Source: Nematocida ausubeli (Eukaryota). From it: a DNA stretch of 64,000 nucleotides. The stretch's first letter is position 1. The number at the start of each line of letters is the position of its first letter. The DNA lies in NCBI RefSeq assembly GCF_000738915.1, contig NW_026515637.1, positions 186,001 to 250,000 of the forward strand, written 5' to 3'. The notes beneath the pieces were generated by a model. It saw only the letters and a list, made by a program, of their open reading frames with translations. It was not told where the DNA came from and ran no database searches. Of this stretch, positions 1-11,270 are shown piece after piece. A program made the position numbers and the translations under genes.

Positions 1-291
1 CTAATAGGGGTAGTTGTCAAGTGAGTTTTATTGTTGTAATCCTGCAGTTGGCAACTGTGACCTTTTGTATATTTGATAATTGTACTTCTTCCTGTTGACA
101 TGTTCTGCGTTTTCTTGAATTGTATTGTTCTTACTATCTTCCTATGTTATAGTCAGTCTCTGATATACGAGGAATCCTTTGGAAAGTGAAATTATCATTA
201 ATGGACTCTTGTGGCTTCAGAATAATTAAAATGAGATTTTAACCCCAGTTATAATGGTATACTATGAATAACCAAGAGTGGTTCAAACTGT

Positions 292-327
292 ATTTTAGAC
301 AGGTTAAGTGCATTTTAGACAGGTTAA
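292..327. repeat. Short direct repeat ATTTTAGACAGGTTAA x2 (period 20)
   Basis: Two exact 16-mers at 292-307 and 312-327. Confidence 0.8.
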
Positions 328-441
328 TTTAAAGTATGAAGTTGCAATCCATCTTAGATCTTTATTTATGTGCCTACTAAAGAGGGTTTTACCGTTCTAT
401 TCTATTATAGAATATCTTTATATAACTGTATTATATTTTAC

Positions 442-1869
442 TTAATTATATATCTTGTATACGTAAGAACTGGCAGCACCCTGTAGAGAAGCCTCTTCTG
501 AGAATTTAAATTCAACAGAAACCTCAGTGGTGCTGGATTTGCAAAGAGCCTTCAGAATTTCAGTGATGTACCTGGTGACATTCGAATTAAATTCTTCTGT
601 TTTACACCCAGACCCAGTCAAACCAAAGATATAATTTGTGCTCTTTCTGGGATTACTTTCCATACTCTTGTATATGACACCAGCTAAAAGACCTGCGCAT
701 ATTTTATATTTACGGTCCTTTGCCTTAGAGATAGCATCAGTAATAAACCGATACATTTTCTTCTGGAAATGGTACCCTAGACCAATATAATCAAATACGT
801 CAGCTATTTGTTCAATCAGATCATTAGGCTGTAATTTACCATTCTTTAACCAGAACCCAGCATCTCTAACTGAATTTGCATGATCATCACCTGCTACTCT
901 AGTAAGTTCCTCCATGAATTGAATATTTATATACTGCTCAAAGTATAAACCACCCACCATCTTCTCCAGCATATAAGAATCTACCTCTAAAGGATTACTT
1001 TCATTAATCTTTATATCTGCATCATTCATTATGCTTTTCACTTGTGAGAACTTAAATCCACCACATTCCGTGTTGTAAATGGCTTTGACCTTTTTCCCAT
1101 TCATATTTTCACTCTTCCGAATATTATCCAGGTATGAGCAATTCATGCCTGTTCCTAAGACAAATCCACCAATTGCATCTTCATGGGTTTGACAGGCCCA
1201 GATACCCAGTGCTGTTGTATCATTTGCAATTGTGCTAAATCTGACATACCTGTTAGTGAGCTTATTAAGCTCATCTAAGGGCATTTCTGGGCTGTTATCT
1301 GTGACAGCCTTCACCCAGTTGAATTGCTTGGTGAATTTGGTGACTTTAAAACCATCCCCGCATTTCTCCAGGGGGTACGAGAATGTTAGTGCACCCCTCA
1401 TAGGGGCACCTCCAGTTCTTTGTGCCTTCTGGTAGTCATTAATGAATTCTATTATCTTCTCAGACATAAATTCATATATGGTTCTATCAGCTATTTCCTC
1501 CTTGGTCTTTGGTATATCGTACTTAACAGTCTGTTTAGTGACTTTTTCAGTGTGTCCTGTCTCGCTGGCTACTGTGTATATATCTAATTTTAGGCTTGTC
1601 CCACCTAAATCAGCACATAATACTTCCAGCTGAACTTCTTCTTCTGCCTCCATTGCATCCATTGCACAGGCAGAAAATGGCCGTACTAAGAACCGTGACT
1701 GCACTAATGATGACTTCTCATCATCCATGCATTCATCTAAATGATCTTTGAACTCTTGTGCTAATAGTACAGGCCAGTCATTCTCGTTTAAATCCTCTTG
1801 TATGCAGCTGCATAAGTTTCCCATTCTTACCCCATATAATATTAGAGCTAAAATAACAAAGGTTCTCAT
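442..1869 (-). CDS. HXK: Hexokinase with N-terminal signal peptide (microsporidian secreted type)
   Basis: Hexokinase motifs ADLGGTS, ALTFSYPL, TKFTKQF, IANDTT, FVLGTGMN, NTECGGF, LEKMVGGLY and SLQGAA. The first ATG (1869) gives hydrophobic MRTFVILALILYGV. Confidence 0.93.
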   Translation of the reverse strand: MRTFVILALILYGVRMGNLCSCIQEDLNENDWPVLLAQEFKDHLDECMDDEKSSLVQSRFLVRPFSACAMDAMEAEEEVQLEVLCADLGGTSLKLDIYTVASETGHTEKVTKQTVKYDIPKTKEEIADRTIYEFMSEKIIEFINDYQKAQRTGGAPMRGALTFSYPLEKCGDGFKVTKFTKQFNWVKAVTDNSPEMPLDELNKLTNRYVRFSTIANDTTALGIWACQTHEDAIGGFVLGTGMNCSYLDNIRKSENMNGKKVKAIYNTECGGFKFSQVKSIMNDADIKINESNPLEVDSYMLEKMVGGLYFEQYINIQFMEELTRVAGDDHANSVRDAGFWLKNGKLQPNDLIEQIADVFDYIGLGYHFQKKMYRFITDAISKAKDRKYKICAGLLAGVIYKSMESNPRKSTNYIFGLTGSGCKTEEFNSNVTRYITEILKALCKSSTTEVSVEFKFSEEASLQGAASSYVYKIYN

Positions 1870-2794
1870 TGGCTTATAAAAAAACTTTAATTTAATATAG
1901 AAAATATACAAGAATCAAAGACTGGTATTTATTTTGTAAACAAAGTTATTTCTTATAGATTGATTTAATACTAGTATATACCTAATTATATCTATTTATT
2001 AGATGCAGTCTGTCCCTCTTCTGTTATTTATTTTTTACCCCTGCATATTATACAAGAAATTCTCTGAAAATTCCCAAAGACAAGAATTTAATTATTACTG
2101 AAGCAAGAATAATTCAATAGATATATTTTGATTTAAATGCAATATGAATCGTATTTATGATTTTCTATAAGATTGCACTTCTACCTTGTGCTGGATAATT
2201 AAAATATAATGAAGGTTTATTTTGGATAAAAAATAAGTGTCAAACTTAAAATTTAAATATAAATGATATCTGGACACAAATAAAAAAGTGTCAAAAAATA
2301 TTAGATAAAGGACTAAACTAATTTACTTGTTGAAATAATAGACTTAGTCAGACTAGACTGGATATAACCCGAATTATTACTGTCTATTTATAGGTCTACT
2401 TCAAATAATATTATATCTGGGGAATGGGCCTGTAGTAGTCACCAAGTGAGTCTTTCATGATATTTTATGAAGATAATTGATTATTCATTCTTTAGTGAAT
2501 GAATGAATAAATGGATAAGAGTCTAATCCAGACTAACTAGAACATAAACAAGTAAATATCCTGGCAATATACTATCTCATAGTCAAAATACTCTGAATAC
2601 AATGGTTATCATCAATGTACATTTATGGCTTGGAATAGAAATACTCTGAAGGGTAATGAAGTCAATATATCACATGGAAATATAAAGAACAAATAAGTAG
2701 AGAATATACTGATGGATATATTAATATAATAGTAGGACTAAGTCTATAATATGCCTTGAACTATTACATTTATTTATTTTTCGTACACAATAGA

Positions 2795-3703
2795 CTAACT
2801 CCATATATGCTCATTGCACATGCTCTTAAGCATATCTCTTTCTTTAAATCTGCTGAAAATTGACTCTTCAATCTCCTCAGTCTGACTATGCATATATAGA
2901 GGGGTTAAGTGTGCAACAACTCTCTCAATATCTTTTTCTTTGATGAAGTGATGCAAGCTCTCTTCAATCTTATAGAATATGTTCATAACCCGGTCTGGAT
3001 GCACTTGCAGAAGCACCCTGACCATCCAGTGACTCTGCACTTTTTTCATTTGGACAAACCTACTGACTGCATCTTCATTTATAACTAAGTCAGTTCTTTC
3101 AAAGTACTCCAAAAGAGTACTTTCTGCTGACTCGTATTGCATGCACTTCATAATACTACATATATTTAGAATTTCAGCAGGTGGTAGACTGCCTACTTTA
3201 ACTGCAATATTCAGAAGAGCCAGGGAAAGACTCTTCTCCTGTGGTGAAAAAGAAGTACCAGTGCACATGTACTCTAACTTCCTTAGTAGCTCTGTAATAT
3301 CATATGGCTTCAGGTCAGCATATTTTCTCTTTAATAAGGCACTTATCTTCTGGGCTGATTTTAAGTCAAGAGTTGTGAATTTCAAGATATCTTGACTCCA
3401 CTTATTATAAGGCGTACAAGGCGTATTAAAGTCAGTGTAAATTGTACTATTTATCTCCCGGGTTTCTCTCTCATTTTGTCCTGCCCTAAGTAGAAGTATA
3501 TCATAGACAGTGTGCATAAGCAATGGATTTTCTTTTGCAATGGATTCTAGTCTTTCAGAGCCTATTAGCTCTAGTGTCTCAGCTATTTCACTTTGTGTGA
3601 TAAAGGGCACTCTGCTTAGTACTTCTATAATCATGGTGTCAGTAGAAGTTTCACTAAGAGATGTTTTTTTCTTCTGGACGCATTCTTCATATTCTGTGGT
3701 CAT
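2795..3703 (-). CDS. Hypothetical protein (~302 aa, probably helical)
   Basis: Long ORF. ATG at 3703 (MTTEYEE) avoids overlap with the divergent neighbour. No recognised motif. Confidence 0.7.
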   Translation of the reverse strand: MTTEYEECVQKKKTSLSETSTDTMIIEVLSRVPFITQSEIAETLELIGSERLESIAKENPLLMHTVYDILLLRAGQNERETREINSTIYTDFNTPCTPYNKWSQDILKFTTLDLKSAQKISALLKRKYADLKPYDITELLRKLEYMCTGTSFSPQEKSLSLALLNIAVKVGSLPPAEILNICSIMKCMQYESAESTLLEYFERTDLVINEDAVSRFVQMKKVQSHWMVRVLLQVHPDRVMNIFYKIEESLHHFIKEKDIERVVAHLTPLYMHSQTEEIEESIFSRFKERDMLKSMCNEHIWS

Positions 3704-3784
3704 ATAAAAAAATAATTTGATTGGTGCTTTATCTCTGGATATCTTTGTGACGAATTTAAATGAAGAATTTTGTCTACCCCTGTA

Positions 3785-4843
3785 ATGAGTGAAGTAATAG
3801 TGGTCTTTACAAATATGAAAGACAAGGAGTTTAGTACTCCCCCAATGCAAATATCTGATGACTTCACAGATGCTCAAATGGAGCAGTTTCTGAATACGTA
3901 CCTGCAGCAGAACAAATCTTATGCATTCTTCTACAATGGAGAACAGATAGAAGAAATGCCAAAATGTGAGAAAGAAGAGACAATAACAATTGAGTTCATT
4001 GCAGTGACAAAGATCCTATCTGAGACTGCAAAGATAGATGTTGATAGCTCAATAACCTCAATCTCCATAAGAAGGCATCCTGACCTGCACATGGACACAG
4101 TCATTCTATGTACTACCACAGGGGAAACAAAGGAGTATTCACTTGGGCCTGGGACAGAACTCATAAAGGAGTTTAACTCATTTAAGCCAATTAGGGCAGT
4201 AACCTCAACAGAAGAAGGGGTTTATGTTCTGACCACGACAAATAAAGTCGTTGACATTGGGAAGGGTGAGATTGTTTTTGAAGCAGACCAGCCCATTAGA
4301 ACAATTGGAAACTGCAGGAATTATTTGGCAATTGGGCTGGCCTCAAATGAAATTGTCATTCTAGCAGACAACAAGGAGACAGCCCGGTTCAAAACAAGTG
4401 GGGAAATTGGAAGAACTATTTTTAGAGTAATAGAGGATGAAGTTGTTTTGGTGCTGGCTATTGTGGAAGGGGCCATTGAGGTCTACAAAGGGGAAGACTG
4501 GGCTAAAACAACATTTAATTTACCGACCCCAATCACTGCAGCAGGATATGAAGATGGAAAGGTCTATGCAGGTGGGCTAGGGGGTGCAATATACATATGC
4601 AGTCTGTCATCTATGGAGAAGCAGTACCAATCAGACGTTACATTTATTTCTAGAATTGAATGCGGGACAGTCTTCTTTGGATATTCCTGCAAGAATAGCA
4701 TTATGCTTAGAGACAAAGAAACGTACATGGGAACACATAAGATAGATCTTAGAACACCTGTGGCTGATATGAAGATATCAGGAAAGAGACTTTTTGTGGC
4801 AGAAGGAAACAGTCTAAAGATATTTAACATATTTGACGAATAA
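3785..4843 (+). CDS. NLE/ubiquitin-like domain + degenerate WD40 protein, YTM1/WDR12-like ribosome biogenesis factor
   Basis: The N-terminal ~70 aa resemble an NLE domain (VVFT..P..I...L...LN..L....YAFFYNGE...EETITIEF), followed by beta-propeller-like repeats. CCCC lies just upstream of ATG 3785. Confidence 0.6.
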   Translation: MSEVIVVFTNMKDKEFSTPPMQISDDFTDAQMEQFLNTYLQQNKSYAFFYNGEQIEEMPKCEKEETITIEFIAVTKILSETAKIDVDSSITSISIRRHPDLHMDTVILCTTTGETKEYSLGPGTELIKEFNSFKPIRAVTSTEEGVYVLTTTNKVVDIGKGEIVFEADQPIRTIGNCRNYLAIGLASNEIVILADNKETARFKTSGEIGRTIFRVIEDEVVLVLAIVEGAIEVYKGEDWAKTTFNLPTPITAAGYEDGKVYAGGLGGAIYICSLSSMEKQYQSDVTFISRIECGTVFFGYSCKNSIMLRDKETYMGTHKIDLRTPVADMKISGKRLFVAEGNSLKIFNIFDE

Positions 4844-5789
4844 ATGATTAAACTTACTTAATAAGCTATCTGCTGCAGTAACTTACATCTACGCATTTGA
4901 ATTTATTATGAGAAAGTCCTTCAGTATACCAGATTCCTTTGTCTTCTGTAAATCTGCTTGTCTGAGTGATCAATATATGTGTTTATTTTAGTCTATCAAT
5001 TTAAGTATATGCTATTACACTATAATGGTATTTATCTGGGTTTATATGAATATACAAGATATCTCTCTTCTTGGTCTTATTTATACAGAAGAATAATTAG
5101 GTATATATCGATATGATTATAGAACAATTTCTAGAAATAATGTGTATCAATGTGATAAAAAACAAACCTAGAAGTGAAGGGAAGAAAATAAATAATGATG
5201 AATGAGAAATAAATATAAATATTTGAGAGAAAGAAAAATACTGTTAAGAATTCTTATGGAATAATTTGTTTATAAATATGGAGGTTAGTCTATACTAGTA
5301 TTCTATTAAATATAATTGCCTTTTTCATCTTCACTTGCTTTTATTCCTGTATTTCAATCTGACCTGAATGAGCTTATGTCCATCTTAATGATAGGTTCTA
5401 TTTAGGCCAGCATAAATTAAAACGTAGCAAAAGCAGTCTAAAATATGTTTATAGAACCAAATATAAAAGAAACTAAATAGAACACGAGTATATATGTGGT
5501 AGAGTCTAGGTATCCGTATGGTTTAGATTATATTTATTTGAGTTAAATGAAATACTGCACTAAAGCGGGTTTGATCAATTGTTTATAAGTTTAGGGTATT
5601 GTGGTAAAATTGAGCCAATTTAAGCATAAAAACATTTGGTTTTTGACAGGTGCCAATAAGATTGCAAATGCACTATGCCATGGGGATAAACAAGATTTAT
5701 GCATTGATTTCTTCAGGTAATAGTATATTAAGCATGATAATTGAATATTTCAATACTTTATATTGCATTCATTTTTTAACAAATTTATA

Positions 5790-7181
5790 ATGAATTTAGA
5801 TACAGGAGAAAGGAACAACAGAACAGATCCCAAAGACTCAGAACATCTTCATAATGCTACAACGGAAAAACCAGAGAATATATACTCAAAAACCTTCTCT
5901 GCTTTTAACTCAGCAAAAAACAAGATATTTTCAAGTGAATCTTCTATTACGTATACACTACTAGACGCAGAGAGTCTAAATTCGACAAAAAATAATAGTG
6001 AAGAGAAAGTGCATATTTTAGCACAAGATAACCCAAAGGCATTGCATCCCCGTGTTACAATATATTTTAATGTGGAAGATGCAACCGAAGCAGTTAAAAG
6101 GATATTTCCACAGAAATGGACATATGTCTCTATGTCTCTCTCTAAGATTGAAACCCCAAACCTAGATACTCTCTTTCAAATTCTAAACGAAAATATTAGT
6201 ATAACAATACATAACTCAAACGAAGAAGATAAACAAGTACTTCTTGATATTTCCACTGCTGTAATAAGGTTCCTACTGGAGAAAAAGTGGAAATGTACTC
6301 CTGCTGTTACAACGGATCAAGTTTGTCCTCGTTGTCCTGAACTTGGCTACTTTATTTCCTTTGGGTACGAAGATGTATTTAAGGGAAAAAGTATAGGGAA
6401 AGTAATTACTGGTGCAGAGAAAAGAATCAATGAGCTGGTTGAATTTGCCACTAAAAATAACCTGAACATGACAAAGCACCTTAATACCTCGCGTGTCTGC
6501 ATCAATGAAAGCATATTCTTGGACTATTACCGGCCAAATATAAAACTTCTAAATTACCTCAGAATGAACGTTTTTGCAGAAAATGAAAAGACGTTTTCTA
6601 CAGAAGATCTCTTTATAAAAGCACCAGATGGTGAGTACCATCTGAACCATGGAGTGAATCTTCTGGTAAAACATGCAAATATGTACTTTTCTGGTTATAA
6701 AAATCATGAAGATCTGGAGACATTATCTCTAACATTCCAGGAACAAGCTGCAATGGTGCATGTCTATGACCATAGAACCAAAATAACTAATATTCTTAAG
6801 GCATTTCATCAAATTGCATCTAAAAAGAAATTAATATGCGTGCCTACCTTTGAGTCTATTCTAGCAAGCAACACTAAGTTTAGTATTGCCTCTCTGATAG
6901 ACTTAGATAAGTTTAGCATCAATCTTGATAAAATAGGTGAAAAAGCAGCTAATGTAATGAAAGACGCTGATTTCACAGCATTGCAGAGGGACTACCTTAA
7001 TAATAAGATTTTTCAATATATAGACACTGTTTTAGCAGTTAGCTCAAATAAGAAAAGTATAAATATTCGCAAGAATAAATATATCTCTAAGATTGGGGGT
7101 ATTGCAATGGGTGTAGGGCTTGTTTTCTTTACAGCCATGAAAATGAATGGGCTAAATTCCATTAAAACCGCTAATAACTAG
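5790..7181 (+). CDS. Lineage-specific hypothetical protein with C-terminal transmembrane helix
   Basis: 463-aa ORF from ATG 5790. C-terminal IGGIAMGVGLVFFTAM is preceded by a basic stretch. No N-terminal signal. Confidence 0.75.
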   Translation: MNLDTGERNNRTDPKDSEHLHNATTEKPENIYSKTFSAFNSAKNKIFSSESSITYTLLDAESLNSTKNNSEEKVHILAQDNPKALHPRVTIYFNVEDATEAVKRIFPQKWTYVSMSLSKIETPNLDTLFQILNENISITIHNSNEEDKQVLLDISTAVIRFLLEKKWKCTPAVTTDQVCPRCPELGYFISFGYEDVFKGKSIGKVITGAEKRINELVEFATKNNLNMTKHLNTSRVCINESIFLDYYRPNIKLLNYLRMNVFAENEKTFSTEDLFIKAPDGEYHLNHGVNLLVKHANMYFSGYKNHEDLETLSLTFQEQAAMVHVYDHRTKITNILKAFHQIASKKKLICVPTFESILASNTKFSIASLIDLDKFSINLDKIGEKAANVMKDADFTALQRDYLNNKIFQYIDTVLAVSSNKKSINIRKNKYISKIGGIAMGVGLVFFTAMKMNGLNSIKTANN

Positions 7182-7867
7182 AATAATTTCTGGTTTTTAA
7201 CTATTCAAAATGTATTACGCTCTTGTTAGGAATTTTCTTATGGTAGAGAGCCTGTAAGAGAGCACTTAAATGCCTTTATATTGATATATGCACTGGTTTG
7301 AATAAACCTTTGTTACGTACATCTTTCCTGTTTCTGTGACTTTTTCCTTTTTCTTGTTTTCTGAGTATTTTCAAAGCCTTCACTAACTGAAATATAAAAT
7401 CAAGATATATCAGTACAAAATATAATATAATATGAAGAGTTATATATTTATTTTACCATATTGAAAATAAGAAAATATCCTGCAAGTATACGCCAGTGCA
7501 AGCCTATTAAACAGTCATTATATAGGCTCTAAGACAGGTATGCACAATAACCCGAATATTCTCCAAGAATGTTCATATCCATATACGCACTAGAGATGTA
7601 CCTAAGAAATCTGAAGACAAAACCAGATGTGAAAAGACCTTTAGGCACCTTATAATTCAGTGCACAGCAGAGACAGAATACCAAGTCATATTGGGCTAGA
7701 AGAATTGCAGTAATATTAATATATCAGAAGACTCTGCTTAATATTTTGTCTGGTTCCTTGCCATCCAGCAAAAGATTAAAGATTCGGGTTATATTGCACT
7801 TGTAACTGCTCTAATTTATACAAAAGAAGCAGAGATGCACACTAGTCCCATACTAAGTCCATACAAA

Positions 7868-8272
7868 TTATTTTGTTGGCTTCTGTCTTCGTACTTTCAC
7901 AAAGTCTATAATACATTTCTTATGTATGCTGTAAAGAGAACTCCAGTCTTCTACAACAGAAAAATCAGCCTGAGGCTTTTCAAAGTTTATAGTGACTGTG
8001 TCCATGGCCCTGGAGATCAGCTTCTTCTGCATCTCTAACTTTGAATATACGGTTTTAAACTTAGCCATTCCTTGCGACTGTTTAACATACTTCAGAAAAA
8101 AGACCAAGCTATACATTCTTAGAACAGACTCATCTATATACGGGAACACTGCCATTTGTTCTGCTATGTATTTCTTGTATATCTCTTCTAAGTCTTCTTG
8201 TACATCTACCCCAACTGTCTCTAATACAGCGACATATTCCTTGTACAACTCTGCATTGTACTCGTAGCCCAT
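7868..8272 (-). CDS. Hypothetical protein (134 aa)
   Basis: ATG-initiated ORF with protein-like composition and AAAATTTT just upstream. Confidence 0.65.
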   Translation of the reverse strand: MGYEYNAELYKEYVAVLETVGVDVQEDLEEIYKKYIAEQMAVFPYIDESVLRMYSLVFFLKYVKQSQGMAKFKTVYSKLEMQKKLISRAMDTVTINFEKPQADFSVVEDWSSLYSIHKKCIIDFVKVRRQKPTK

Positions 8273-8620
8273 CTGTAGTATAAAATTTTCAATGCTTTAA
8301 TTTTATTGTTCCCAAGCATAAAACCATGTAGGAGTGGATTTAATTCATGAATTCATAGAGTACACTAATATGCACTTATATACTGTCTTAAACGGTTTTT
8401 ATACTGGAAATAATTCTATTTTGATATATATGCATACTAAGCATATTATGGATAACAAGGAATTCTTTCTAATAGAAATTTCAGTTATGCTGGGTATATG
8501 GCTTCTTATAGAATATCACAGGATCTTGTAAGTAGAAATAAATAAAACCAGGAGGTTGTGATAACCTGGATATTCAAGAGAAACAGAAGGACATGAATAC
8601 TTTATTCAGACAGCAGCACA

Positions 8621-10945
8621 TTAGAGCTTACTGAGACCTTTTTTAACTTTGGAGTGAATATCACATGTGGATATATCATGCCAGGTTTCTCTTAGGGTTC
8701 TTGAGACTTCAATGGGTTTGTCTTGGTCTATATAAGGGTGCTTTGGACGGATAACTGTCCAAATAGTCAGAAGAGACTGCACAGCCAGGAATGAAATAAA
8801 GAAGAATGACTCAAAGACAGTTCTCCCTGTGAATATAAACCACATTAAAGACTGCCCTAGGAACCAGAAGTTGACAGCACACCCAAGCACAGCGCATATT
8901 CCCTGGAGAAGAACAATCACAGAAACTGCTTTTCTGCAGTCTTTTCCTACTGTATACACAGTGTATATAAATGGCATAAGTAAGTCTAGACCAACAAATA
9001 TGGCAGATACACCAGGGATACTTTTCCTGGAGAAAAGAAAGGCTGCCTCCCAGTTGATGGAAGAGAGTGCGTGGTTGTGCCCTGTTACAAAAAACATTAT
9101 TTTTATCAGAAAAAACAAAAAGCATCCTTTTTGTAGCTGGCCCATCTCTGCAACTGCACACTTTTTAATAATTGGACAGAAAATATAAATAAATGCTAGT
9201 GCTGGGTACGGTGCATACAGAAGAACAGGAAGAATCTCTGGTGCTAGGACTAGCAGAATAGATCGGCTAATATGAGGAATCCCTAAGGAAAAAATCTGGC
9301 TGACTGCGAATAGAACAGAGCCAGCGTCCTTTAAATTTCGCACTGCAGACTTTGGTGAAATAAACCGTACCCCCAAGCAAAGTAAAGAAGAGAGAAGAAG
9401 ACCTTTCTCTAACAAGGGCACTGGATACCTGGATGGAATCTTTTTAATCCAGTGAATAATCCAGAATCTGTCCATTGCATGCAAAGGAAATTCTCCTGCA
9501 GTAAAAGAGACAACTGGAAGGGCTACAAGCACAAAGACAGACCACAATGACTGCCAACTTAAGAAGATGCACATGAATAAAGAGATAATATCCTCATGGA
9601 TAATTGAATAAACAGAATGGGCTACCATGAAAATTGCCAGAATTGAAGCTACAAAGGATATACAAAGTACATTCCCAGGTATACTAATAACCTGGAATAG
9701 AAGGCCTAATCCCATGAATAATAGCCCAATAATCATCCCAAGTTTAGATGACTTATGAAATATCCTATGGATATGGTCTGCCATCATTTCATTCCTGTAC
9801 TTTTCAGGTACTTTTGACAGTTTATTCAGATATGTTTCCAGGTATTTCTTTCCATAGAATTCAAAAAGTGTTCTTTTCTGTCTCTCATGCTCCTGTGCAT
9901 AAATATCCTTTCTTTCTTCTGGAATGACAGGCAAAATAATTCCAGAAGAATTATAAGGTACACCCAAGCCAATAAGACCACAGAGTGTAGGGAGAATATC
10001 ATTCTGTGAGATAATATTCACAGGCTCAGATATAAATAGTGAAGATAATTCGCCTTCATACTTCCTTTGAATGAGTCTTTCCTGAGAGGCTGTCGTTGTT
10101 CTCTCTGAAATATCCCGTGCAATGAAGATGAAAGAAGATGCTTTCTCCTGGATGGAAGATCCACCATGGGAACCATCATTATTTACACCATGATCAGATA
10201 AGACAGCAATGAAAGAGTCATCAGTCATTGTATCATATAACCTGGAGAGTGCATTATTCATAATCTGAAGGGCTTTTTTCACTTCTTTGCTATTTGTTCC
10301 ATGCACGTGCCCGTATGAGTCTGGGGATATCATATGAATAATAAGGTAGTCATGGTTTTCATATGCCAGCAAGGCAGAGTCAATTATTCTTTCTTCTTCT
10401 GAGAAAGGAATCAGACCGTATGGATGGTATGATTCACCAATATTTGGAGTGATCTCTGGGAATAGATATGTCCATGTCTCATCACCATAGAATATAAATG
10501 ACTTCTGGTGCAGCTGCAGTTGTGAGATGAAATTATCCACATTGCTGCTTTGTTTGTTGAATGACCTTTGGGCTGACAGAAGGGTAGTAGGTATCCCAGA
10601 GAAGGTTGATAATATTCTCATTGCAGTTCCAGTTGGGAGGTCTGCAATGCTAACAGCTTTGAAAATGTCTTTCTTTGGGATTCTTTCTAGAACAGAGAAA
10701 TTATTATGGTAGAGAGTGGCTTTCTCTGGGATTACTGCATGGATTGCATCTGCTCTGACTCCATCCATGACAAAGATAACACCCTTCTTGTAGACACCCG
10801 GTAAAGACTCTTTATTTTGCTTTGTAATTGGTGTTTTCTCCAAGAAAAGACTCTTTGAGTATATAACCAGACCAATTACAGATAACCCCAAGACAATTAT
10901 AGGTGAAAGTGCAGTATATGCAAGCTCACTGTATTTCATTCTCAT
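8621..10945 (-). CDS. GPI13: GPI ethanolamine-phosphate transferase (PIG-O/GPI13 family)
   Basis: Alkaline-phosphatase-like domain (FVMDGVRAD, ADLPTGT, FYGDETW, DSYGHVHG, LSDHGV..GSHGG, QNDILPTL) plus a multi-TM C-terminus with FFVTGH..LSSINWEAAF. Confidence 0.85.
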   Translation of the reverse strand: MRMKYSELAYTALSPIIVLGLSVIGLVIYSKSLFLEKTPITKQNKESLPGVYKKGVIFVMDGVRADAIHAVIPEKATLYHNNFSVLERIPKKDIFKAVSIADLPTGTAMRILSTFSGIPTTLLSAQRSFNKQSSNVDNFISQLQLHQKSFIFYGDETWTYLFPEITPNIGESYHPYGLIPFSEEERIIDSALLAYENHDYLIIHMISPDSYGHVHGTNSKEVKKALQIMNNALSRLYDTMTDDSFIAVLSDHGVNNDGSHGGSSIQEKASSFIFIARDISERTTTASQERLIQRKYEGELSSLFISEPVNIISQNDILPTLCGLIGLGVPYNSSGIILPVIPEERKDIYAQEHERQKRTLFEFYGKKYLETYLNKLSKVPEKYRNEMMADHIHRIFHKSSKLGMIIGLLFMGLGLLFQVISIPGNVLCISFVASILAIFMVAHSVYSIIHEDIISLFMCIFLSWQSLWSVFVLVALPVVSFTAGEFPLHAMDRFWIIHWIKKIPSRYPVPLLEKGLLLSSLLCLGVRFISPKSAVRNLKDAGSVLFAVSQIFSLGIPHISRSILLVLAPEILPVLLYAPYPALAFIYIFCPIIKKCAVAEMGQLQKGCFLFFLIKIMFFVTGHNHALSSINWEAAFLFSRKSIPGVSAIFVGLDLLMPFIYTVYTVGKDCRKAVSVIVLLQGICAVLGCAVNFWFLGQSLMWFIFTGRTVFESFFFISFLAVQSLLTIWTVIRPKHPYIDQDKPIEVSRTLRETWHDISTCDIHSKVKKGLSKL

Positions 10946-11270
10946 TATTATTTTTAAAAGGTATCCATTTATATTTATTAATTAATATAGAATGAACAGG
11001 TTTAATTAAAATCAATTATTCAATAGAGTAATAGACATATGCGATAATAGTAAGGTACTTGATAAAAATAGAATCAACAAAAACGGTTATTTACTATATG
11101 TAGAGACACAGTGTATATCATAATAATCAACACAGAGCTACTAAGACACTTTATACTTACTAATTACAAAGGCATCTTATACAGCAATTTATACCAAAAC
11201 TCAGGTTATATCACTATACTGCACTACTAAGTGGACATAAGAAGGATATTTATATCTGCAGAGTGATAAG

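Noticed and set aside
1..101. Possible gene start on the minus strand running off the left edge (MSTGRSTIIKY...)
   Set aside because: Too short to evaluate within this window
3704..3877. N-terminal extension of the 2795..3877 ORF overlapping the WD40 gene
   Set aside because: It uses a non-ATG start inside the opposite-strand gene; ATG 3703 gives a clean 81-bp divergent spacer
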